IMG/VR virus record: IMGVR_UViG_3300034520_000378
DNA: 64,000 bases
Direction: 5' to 3' (one strand)
DNA from: a virus
Below the pieces are notes generated by a model. That model saw nothing but the letters and a program-made list of their open reading frames with translations. It made no database searches and was not told where the DNA came from. Position numbers and translations under genes: made by a program. This document shows, piece by piece, positions 46,072 to 54,132 of this stretch (positions are counted from its first letter, which is position 1; the number at the start of each line of letters is the position of its first letter).

Positions 46072-47781
46072 TCACAGCAGTTCATTGCTGTGGTACGAGT
46101 AGTCTATGTAAAAGTCAGGGTCGACAACAAGCGCTGGGCTGTCGTTCCACAGCGGATGCTTGTACGGCGTAAAGTTGATAGCGTTCAAGCCATAAGCCGC
46201 ACGCTGCTTGTTGATAAGCTCCATTGCATCAGCTACACGTGCATACGTCGGCAGGTCAAGATCGGGATAAAGGTCAAATACGTCTAGAATCTCCTCAACT
46301 AAGCACGCATGCTCTATCTCGGTCAGGTCTTTTAAATCGACAGTCGCTACCGCCTTGAGCACTTTGTCAATGTACTGCACGGCATGTATGCGTTCGTACT
46401 CACGCTGCATTTTGTCAAAGTCGACCATTGACAGCACTATCCTGTAAAGCCCGGCGCTCTCCGGTACGGTCTCCACCTCTATAGCATTGACGATTACGTA
46501 CCTTATCCCGAACAGGGCCGTAAGCTCGTTGTCAAATCCCAGAAAACCGCTCACAAACTTGTTCCGGTACTTTACCGAATACTCATCCGCAGTATCAATA
46601 AGCTGTTTGAGTGCCGCCACCGCATCTTTGTTTGCTGTCTCGAACGTGGCTATAACATGCTTCTCCATACCGCCTATGTACTGATGCGATGGCGTGGTGA
46701 AGGCTTGAATGTGCCCCGACGCAAACCTGTTTCCAATGGCAATAACCAGGTTCGTCAGTACAAGGTCGTCCGGCAGCGGTACGTCCACCATGTACGGGTC
46801 GGGCGACCAGCCGGGCACATCAGCCGCTATATTGCCCTTTGGAACAAGCGTTATCGTTCCCGATACCGGTTCGTAATACGTGTCATAGCCAAGGGTACTG
46901 GCAGTATCCCGTAGGGTCACAAATACTCTACCGTTGGCCGTTCTGTACGGTTTGAAGCTCCACGGGCCTATTACAATGTAGGGCGACTTCCAGTCCGTGG
47001 TAAGTCCGAGCTTCTGAGCAAGAATGCGCGCCTCAATGATGGGCTCGTCACGGCCATCTATCTTCACAATCTGATACTCGCTGCGATTAATCGTCTTCTT
47101 CGGCGTAGGACCCCGGTTGTGTGCAATCTCCTCTAAGACTTTGCTGTCAAGTATCCTGAACTTGTAGCGCGCAGTAAAATGCTCCGTCTCAACCGGTGCA
47201 AGATAATAAGCACTTTCGGGCTGCATCACCTGTTGGTAGTACCACCTGAACAGCGGCCATACAATCTTGTCAGCAAAACCGTAGTCAGGAATAAGCATGT
47301 ACGGCTCTATTGTGGTGGCGTACATTGCCAGCTTGGCCTCCAGAGCGCCAGGAAAGTTGGGCACGGTTGAGATGGTAAGCGAGTTAAGTGTCACGGTATG
47401 TATATCGTACACATCGTTAAGCGTTTCGTTGAATACTGGGACTATCGGTGCGCGCATGAAGTGCGCAATAAGGCTGCGCAGCCCGTCCATATAGTATGAC
47501 CGGCCGTCAACACCCTCAACCGCCACACCGTTTATGTCGTCCATGTCATTAAACCATAAGTCGACCCCAATCTCGGTCTGTGTGTTACCAGTCTTTGTGA
47601 TAATAGGCCCTCTCTGCCGTACACCCCATATGGTCTTATTACCGCTCACCTTTTTGACGTTTATACTGAGCGGTGGTATGCGCAAAAAACAGTCGCCCAC
47701 CTGCAGGTGGTCTGGCGAGAGCCCCACCCTGCCGGCCGGAATAAGGTCGTTACCCACCTTGATAAGCGGCTCGGAACGCAA
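46072..47781 (-). CDS. Tail/baseplate protein with an inserted copper-amine-oxidase N-terminal-like (stalk) domain
   Basis: Tube-initiator-like N-terminus 'IPPLSINV...RQRG' and an insert 'ANGRVFVTLRDTASTLGYDTYYE..SGTITL'. Confidence 0.6.
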   Translation of the reverse strand: MRSEPLIKVGNDLIPAGRVGLSPDHLQVGDCFLRIPPLSINVKKVSGNKTIWGVRQRGPIITKTGNTQTEIGVDLWFNDMDDINGVAVEGVDGRSYYMDGLRSLIAHFMRAPIVPVFNETLNDVYDIHTVTLNSLTISTVPNFPGALEAKLAMYATTIEPYMLIPDYGFADKIVWPLFRWYYQQVMQPESAYYLAPVETEHFTARYKFRILDSKVLEEIAHNRGPTPKKTINRSEYQIVKIDGRDEPIIEARILAQKLGLTTDWKSPYIVIGPWSFKPYRTANGRVFVTLRDTASTLGYDTYYEPVSGTITLVPKGNIAADVPGWSPDPYMVDVPLPDDLVLTNLVIAIGNRFASGHIQAFTTPSHQYIGGMEKHVIATFETANKDAVAALKQLIDTADEYSVKYRNKFVSGFLGFDNELTALFGIRYVIVNAIEVETVPESAGLYRIVLSMVDFDKMQREYERIHAVQYIDKVLKAVATVDLKDLTEIEHACLVEEILDVFDLYPDLDLPTYARVADAMELINKQRAAYGLNAINFTPYKHPLWNDSPALVVDPDFYIDYSYHSNELL

Positions 47782-47804
47782 GCGTAATTCCCCCTCTCAA
47801 AAAG

Positions 47805-47836
47805 TATACTACCCGCTGGTATGTAGCCAGCGGGTA
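47805..47836 (-). promoter_or_regulatory. Perfect 10-bp hairpin overlapping the candidate late promoter motif GGTAGTATA
   Basis: TACCCGCTGG-7 nt-CCAGCGGGTA followed by GTATACTTTTT. The motif lies at 47805-47813, about 24 nt upstream of the start codon. Confidence 0.55.
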
Positions 47837-47839
47837 CCG

Positions 47840-50800
47840 TTAAACCCTGGCATATCCGTACTTCAGAAGCTGAGAGAACACTTCTTTGGCATAGTCCTCG
47901 TTAAGCTGTGACGTGTCGTTTGAGAAGTTGACGTTGACGTTCACATTGCCGTTAAACGCCTCGCTTGCTATGGCGTTAATGTCATTAGCAGACAGCCGCC
48001 GTTTTGTCCTGCCGCGTATGGTTATACGCGCACCGGTGTTTTCTACCGGGACAGGCCTCTGGTATACTTCACCCTGCTCACCTTCCGACATGGCAGGCGC
48101 AACAGGGATAGGTTTCTGAGCTCTGGCGTATCTGCCGCCACTGCTCTCCGGTTCTGTGTAGTCATCCTTGTCTCGTGGCCGCAGGAGTGCCATTAAGCCC
48201 AGACTAGCCAAGCCTATTCCCGCCAGCACCTTCCAGTTGCCTATCGCCGAGCCGAGCAGACCTCCGGCTCCACCGCCCGCACCAGCGGCACCGGAAGCTG
48301 ACTTGGCAGCCGCCTTGGCCTTGATGAAGTTGTTTATCTGCTTTATATGCTGTGCACCGGGCCCCTGTTTACCGCCCGCCGCAGCAGCTTGCGCTTTTAT
48401 GGCTTGATTTATTCGCCTTACTTCCTCTGCGCCTGGCGCAGCACTGGCCGCTTCTGCAGCACGCTGTGCTATATCCTCTGCTGCTTGTTGAGTAGCACTA
48501 CGCGCCGCCTGCTGAGCTGCTGCAGCATTGGCAGCTGCTGTATCAATTACATCAGCCGCTTGTCGCGCTACTGCCGCAGTAGTGGCTGTATCAACGACGT
48601 CAGCTGCTTGTTGTACCGCCGCAGCAGCCGCTTCTGTAACAGCATCAGCTGCGCCCTGCACCTGCTGTTCAAGTGGTCGGAACAAGCTGTACAGCCGTTC
48701 TTCAAAGTCCGCGAATCCCTTGCTACTGCCACTCTGTACCTTCTGCCTCAGTCCGGAATCCTTAACAAAATCCGCAAGTCCCCTGTCATCCCGTACTCTT
48801 AGTGAATAGCTTATCTCCTGCCTGAGTTCTGGATCCTTCAGCATTTCATACAGCTGTGCCTGCAGTTCGGAAAAGTCCAGTGTCGGCCGTCTAAACACTC
48901 GCTTTTGCTCAAACCTCCGTGGCTGTAGCTGGGAGAGATCCTGTATCGGCCGTCCGGGCACTCTCTTTTCCTTAAACTCTCGCAGCAGGTCAAACAACTG
49001 TTCCTGGAACTGCGGTGTTTGCTCCAGCTCAATCAGTTGTTTGAGTCCACCAAGCCTCTCGCCAAGCTGCTGCCTCAGGTTGCGGAACCGTACCAAAAAG
49101 CTCTCCGGATCCTGCGTCTCCACCAGCATCTTATCCGGTGTCGTTAGGTCTTCAAACAGAGTGTGGATACGGCGCCAGAGCTTTTCCTGCAGCGGCAGCT
49201 CCGGCGGCTCGTGCCGCACAACCTGAACAGGGATAGAACTCTGCAGCGGCACATGCGTTCCGGTAAGAGGATCTATCCCGCTTTTGACAGCAGTACTGAC
49301 ATCCACATCCGGCTTTAGGTGCCGCACAATAGCGTCCCGGACATGCCCTTCTACCGTGTCAGCGCCCGCTCTGGTATAATACAGAGCAATTTGCTCCAGC
49401 TGTTCGGGCGTAAAATCGCCGATACGCTTGAAGAATATGTCGCCAACGCCCGGGACATTGCCGGTCAGTGGTATGCGCATGTCCGCGCCGCTGCCCAGCA
49501 TCGCCCACGTTGGCCGCCTGTCTGCCCGCAGCTCTTTCTGCAATCGACTGCGCAGCTGCTCTAGCGCATCACCCATCTCAAACAATTCCAGGTCGGACTT
49601 TGTCAGAGGAACGGCGTTTGCATTGTATGCATCGCGCAACTGCTGAAACTCGTCTATTATCTGCTGGATGTTCGCCATATCCTCTGCGGGATTGGCCGAC
49701 AGCGGCGGTATAGAAACATCCTCTGTAGGTACGTTGGTAAGCACGTCAGCCGCTTCGCCGATAGCCGGCAGTGCTGCGATGTCTATACCGGCATCCTTCA
49801 GCTCCTGTATACCCCGCTCTAGCGCGTCCAGTCGGGCGCTAATCACCGGTCTTTGGCGCAGCCATTCCATAAACTGCGCACGTCCCTGTACGCCCTGCTT
49901 CTTAGCCTCAGCTGGTATGATGAAGCTGTCATATACCCAGTCGATGAAACGTGAAGCGGTTTGTTCGTCACGTATCGCCGGGATGTGCGCAGCTTCGAGA
50001 CTGGCTGCAAACTCGTCCAGCGCACCGCGCTGTGCTGCGTTGTATATGCTCTGCGCAAGCCCGTCCAAAGTGCGTACATTCTCATCCGCAATCCCGCACT
50101 GTCTGAAGTAGTCTATGAGGGAATATACCGCTTTTTTCCGGCCCTCCGGTGTTTTAGCGCTGCGCTCAACGTACTCGCGCAGCCTGCTGTACAACTCTTC
50201 AGGCACAACGGTGGGAATATGGATTTCACCTTTACCAACCGGAAGGCCGGTAAACTTGTACAAGCGATAGGGCGTGTACCGCGATACTTCCAGCCCAAGC
50301 TTCTTGCCGGTCTCGCCCTTTATGAAACCTCTCTTAAACTTCTCCCCGATCTGGCTGTAAAGCTGTCCCGGGTCCCCTTTCAGCACGCCTGCACCGTGGA
50401 GCATGACTATGTCTTCAGCAAGCGTCTTAAAAGCCTGGCCTTCCGGGCTGGCGAGCCATTCCTGCATGTGCGGCAGCATGTGCTTGTACATTGGCGAAAC
50501 GTCTCGCGTTAAGTAGTAGCGCATCTGGTCTACGGTCTTCTTGCTTATGTCACGCGACCCGGTACTACCAAGCATGGATACAAGCAGCTGCTCACCCGGT
50601 GTAAGCTGTGCACCACTGTCCAGTTTGTGTGCCGCTTCGAGTGTTTTGTCAATGATCGGCTGAAAAGCCTCCGGTCCTGCTGCACCCTGTCCGGTATACG
50701 CTACCAGCCGGCTCAGCTGCGGCAGCGAGGTCTTAATGCCGCGCACCTCGCGAGCTGTCAAATCAAGCACATCGTCCATAAAGATGTTCTTCGCTTCTTC

Positions 50801-53800
50801 AGCCGATGGAACGTATGCAAACTGCGAGTGGAAACGTTTGGCCAGGTCGGTAAAGCTCTCCGCTGCCACCTCGTCTATTATACCGGTGCCACGCCAGCGC
50901 CCTGCCTCGTCAAGATCGAGCCGCTCAGCTAGCGCATACAGTACACCGTCCCGCTCTTCTATGCCGCGAAAACGGTAGATACCCTTGGTTGCCGTATCGC
51001 CGGCAATTGGAGTGAGGTTGCCTATAACGCGATCTGGAACGGTATGTCGGTACAACAGATCGCCTTTGCGCAGCGGTCTTATATCCGCTTCAGCCGGCAG
51101 TGCAGTTGAAATACCAGCATCAAGTACTGTAAGCGCGTCACTCTTTGCTGGCAGGTCAAACACGCTTCGTACGGTATAAGTGTCTATCTTGGGCTTCCTA
51201 AACAGGCTGGTCAAAGTGCGCTCAAACCGCGGCGCCGCTTCCGGTGCACTTGTGCGCACCATACCAACAGCCTCAGCATATGTCTTACCAAGGTCTGGAC
51301 CGGCAACATAGTCAACGCTCTGTTTAATCCTGCGTAGGTTCGCTATGGTATCGTCAAGCACCTCGTCCGGTGCAGCAGCTGCTTCCGGGACCGCGAGGTT
51401 TATAACCTCCGGTGCGCCGACAAGCTCGGAGATAATGCGGCCGTCGTCACCACGGCTGTAGCGCACCAGTTGTACATTCAGTCCGGTGGTGGCTGCGCCT
51501 TCTGCTGCCTGTACCGGCGTGATAACCGCAACTGTGTATGGCCGCCTGCTAACGTTAGCCTTTAGCCTGGTCAGCGTGCCAAGCGTCTCATCAACGGTCA
51601 CACCCCCGCTGGGCGGTGTCGCCCGCTCCAGAACAATACCGCCACCCCTGGTAAGGCGCTCATATCCCGGCGGAGTCAGATTGGGAATACCCTGTGTTGG
51701 TTTAAAGACTTCAAACTCGTCCAGCAGTCCCGCCGTCAGCTCATCCATACCGCTTACAAGATAGTGCTCACCGGTAAGCACATCGCTGGCGATTATGTCA
51801 CCGCCCGTGCCGCGCTCAAGCGTTACGGGATGCCAGACATTGCTCTGTTTGACATACGTCTTAAGCTTTACCTTGCCGCCGGACTTCTCACTTAAGTCAA
51901 ACAGAGTACTGATTCGTTCCTGGCGCTCACGCTCAGGTACGCCGGACAGGTCTATCTCGTACCTAACCGGCTGAGTGATGTCCATTGTTTCCTGAGCTGC
52001 TTGTGCCGCACTTTCGCCCGCCTCTTCCGGCAGCTCAAGCTCGTACACCAGCCCGCTGTCCACAACCTCGTCTGCTACATCTTCCACAATGCCTTCCACA
52101 CGGTTTGTGTCAAGAGTGACATCCCTACCTGCCAGCCTGCCGGTTGACGAACCTTCGGCCAGTGTGACAAGCGACTCCTCCTCAACCGGCCTTTGTTTTA
52201 GGTACCTGGCTATCTCGGCCGGCTTCATGTCTGCAATGTACTGCAGATGCTCGATACCGCTAGTGACATCACTATCGCCGGCCTCGCGAACAAGACTAAC
52301 AACAGCGTCGTGTATAAGCTTGGCCTTCTCCAGGTCGGTCAGCTCGCGCACCCTACCGCCCTCTATGACGGTAAGCCCCTTGAGCTTGCTGCCTATAGTC
52401 GCTATTGCGCTGTACTCGTCACTTGCTGCACGCAGGTCGGTAGCAAACAGCTCGCCCAACAGCGCACGACGGTAGGTCTTCCGAAATACCGCGTTCCTGG
52501 CTACCCCAGCAGGATTGTATGCATCTATCTTGCCCGCAATCGATGCGCGGCTGATCGCCCTGTTCAATGCAAGCCAGCTTGACGATACGATGTCAACATC
52601 CTCGTACTTGCCTTTGGCCCATGGCGCAACGCTCAGCGCTGTTTTGAGTAGGTACGCGTTTACGTCCTCATCCGTTAGCTGTGCAACTGCTTTCTCTGCC
52701 TCTGCTGCAGCCAGGCTCCTGATTATCTCTGCCGTGTTGACAACGCTAACTCTTCCCGGTGCTGTTGCGCCAAATACTTCGCTTACACCGCCGCCCCACT
52801 CTATGTTTCGGTATGCGCCTTTGACCTCTTTTGCGAAGAAGCGCGCCATCGCCTCACGCTGCTCGCGGGTCTGTATTGCCTCCACCGCACCGGGCTCGAT
52901 CTCAACGACTATGCGCGTCTCTGCAGGCAGTTTTTGTGCCGCCAGAGTAACGACACCCTGTTCTTCGTCGATACTTGTTATGCGGAACGGCACAGCACTG
53001 CCGGCTATCATGACCTTTTGGTCAAGGTCGCGCGCTTCAAGCCATCTCGTGCGGCGCTCGGCCAGCTTCGCAGCTGGAACTTCACGATACAGGCTCTCCA
53101 CCTGCTGCCCCTCAGCCAGGTATGCAGCACGTGCGCGCACCAGCTCTGTACCGCCACCACCCAGCTGGAGCTTTTTACCGAACTTAAGCGCTTCAACAGT
53201 CTCATCTGTTTGTGCCTGCACCTGAGCTATCTCCGCTGCTACGGCATCGCGGCCCGGCCCCTGTGGCGTGCGGTTAGAAGACAGCAGGCCTATCTTCTCA
53301 AGATACGCCACTTCTTCTTTGCTGTACGCATTGGTCATACTGAGGAAGTGCGTCTTCATTTCGTCTTCAAACTCTTGAGCAGCGGTTTTGTACGCCTCCC
53401 TCAGCACCGAACTCGTGCTCTTATAGACACCCCGCGCCCTGTTCAGCCGCAGGCGTATGGACTCGATGATATTGCGGTTTGCAACGTCCGTGCCGACCAG
53501 CGCTTCAACATCACTGAACTGCTGCGTGAGCGCCTGGAATCTCCCCTCCAGCTGCTGGAACCGCGCCAACAGGCCCGTCCTTGTCAGCTCGTCTTCCAGC
53601 TTCTTCAGCCTGTTGAAATCCTCTGGCGCAAGCGATCTTGCCGCCTTCAAGCGCTTATATGTGGCGTAGTCCCAGCTTTTTTGCTGCAGGTCTTTGAAAT
53701 CGTCCAATAACCTGCGGAGCTGGCTGTCGTATTCCCTGAGCCGCTGTATTGAGACGCCACGCTCAATCTCGGCACGACCAATTACATCAATACCGCCTTC

Positions 53801-54121
53801 TACCAGTTCCTGCAAGAAGCTTTTCGCCCGACCCACATGGATCGGTTCTATCAATATGTCTTCAAACGATATCTCGCCCGGCTTGTATCCAGCGCGCTCA
53901 ATCAGCTTCCTTGTTTCCTCCTGTATAGCTTGTATCATGCTAACAGGATGGGGATTGACCTTTGTGCGGAGCGTCTCGAAGAACTCATCAGCCACTTCAT
54001 CGCTGTGCACAAAGGATAAGACGCGGACGGCGTCCAGCACGCTGCTAACCAGCGTGCTTGCATACTTCTCAGATACCTGTTCGAGATATTGTGGGTTGAA
54101 TATGTGCGGGTTCAGGCGCAA
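47840..54121 (-). CDS. 2,093-aa giant helical virion or ejected protein of unknown function
   Basis: Long ORF in the tail operon, with an A/Q-rich repeat region and one TM helix ('WKVLAGIGLASLGLMALL') near the C-terminus. Confidence 0.75.
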   Translation of the reverse strand: MRLNPHIFNPQYLEQVSEKYASTLVSSVLDAVRVLSFVHSDEVADEFFETLRTKVNPHPVSMIQAIQEETRKLIERAGYKPGEISFEDILIEPIHVGRAKSFLQELVEGGIDVIGRAEIERGVSIQRLREYDSQLRRLLDDFKDLQQKSWDYATYKRLKAARSLAPEDFNRLKKLEDELTRTGLLARFQQLEGRFQALTQQFSDVEALVGTDVANRNIIESIRLRLNRARGVYKSTSSVLREAYKTAAQEFEDEMKTHFLSMTNAYSKEEVAYLEKIGLLSSNRTPQGPGRDAVAAEIAQVQAQTDETVEALKFGKKLQLGGGGTELVRARAAYLAEGQQVESLYREVPAAKLAERRTRWLEARDLDQKVMIAGSAVPFRITSIDEEQGVVTLAAQKLPAETRIVVEIEPGAVEAIQTREQREAMARFFAKEVKGAYRNIEWGGGVSEVFGATAPGRVSVVNTAEIIRSLAAAEAEKAVAQLTDEDVNAYLLKTALSVAPWAKGKYEDVDIVSSSWLALNRAISRASIAGKIDAYNPAGVARNAVFRKTYRRALLGELFATDLRAASDEYSAIATIGSKLKGLTVIEGGRVRELTDLEKAKLIHDAVVSLVREAGDSDVTSGIEHLQYIADMKPAEIARYLKQRPVEEESLVTLAEGSSTGRLAGRDVTLDTNRVEGIVEDVADEVVDSGLVYELELPEEAGESAAQAAQETMDITQPVRYEIDLSGVPERERQERISTLFDLSEKSGGKVKLKTYVKQSNVWHPVTLERGTGGDIIASDVLTGEHYLVSGMDELTAGLLDEFEVFKPTQGIPNLTPPGYERLTRGGGIVLERATPPSGGVTVDETLGTLTRLKANVSRRPYTVAVITPVQAAEGAATTGLNVQLVRYSRGDDGRIISELVGAPEVINLAVPEAAAAPDEVLDDTIANLRRIKQSVDYVAGPDLGKTYAEAVGMVRTSAPEAAPRFERTLTSLFRKPKIDTYTVRSVFDLPAKSDALTVLDAGISTALPAEADIRPLRKGDLLYRHTVPDRVIGNLTPIAGDTATKGIYRFRGIEERDGVLYALAERLDLDEAGRWRGTGIIDEVAAESFTDLAKRFHSQFAYVPSAEEAKNIFMDDVLDLTAREVRGIKTSLPQLSRLVAYTGQGAAGPEAFQPIIDKTLEAAHKLDSGAQLTPGEQLLVSMLGSTGSRDISKKTVDQMRYYLTRDVSPMYKHMLPHMQEWLASPEGQAFKTLAEDIVMLHGAGVLKGDPGQLYSQIGEKFKRGFIKGETGKKLGLEVSRYTPYRLYKFTGLPVGKGEIHIPTVVPEELYSRLREYVERSAKTPEGRKKAVYSLIDYFRQCGIADENVRTLDGLAQSIYNAAQRGALDEFAASLEAAHIPAIRDEQTASRFIDWVYDSFIIPAEAKKQGVQGRAQFMEWLRQRPVISARLDALERGIQELKDAGIDIAALPAIGEAADVLTNVPTEDVSIPPLSANPAEDMANIQQIIDEFQQLRDAYNANAVPLTKSDLELFEMGDALEQLRSRLQKELRADRRPTWAMLGSGADMRIPLTGNVPGVGDIFFKRIGDFTPEQLEQIALYYTRAGADTVEGHVRDAIVRHLKPDVDVSTAVKSGIDPLTGTHVPLQSSIPVQVVRHEPPELPLQEKLWRRIHTLFEDLTTPDKMLVETQDPESFLVRFRNLRQQLGERLGGLKQLIELEQTPQFQEQLFDLLREFKEKRVPGRPIQDLSQLQPRRFEQKRVFRRPTLDFSELQAQLYEMLKDPELRQEISYSLRVRDDRGLADFVKDSGLRQKVQSGSSKGFADFEERLYSLFRPLEQQVQGAADAVTEAAAAAVQQAADVVDTATTAAVARQAADVIDTAAANAAAAQQAARSATQQAAEDIAQRAAEAASAAPGAEEVRRINQAIKAQAAAAGGKQGPGAQHIKQINNFIKAKAAAKSASGAAGAGGGAGGLLGSAIGNWKVLAGIGLASLGLMALLRPRDKDDYTEPESSGGRYARAQKPIPVAPAMSEGEQGEVYQRPVPVENTGARITIRGRTKRRLSANDINAIASEAFNGNVNVNVNFSNDTSQLNEDYAKEVFSQLLKYGYARV

Positions 54122-54132
54122 TACTATCCCTC

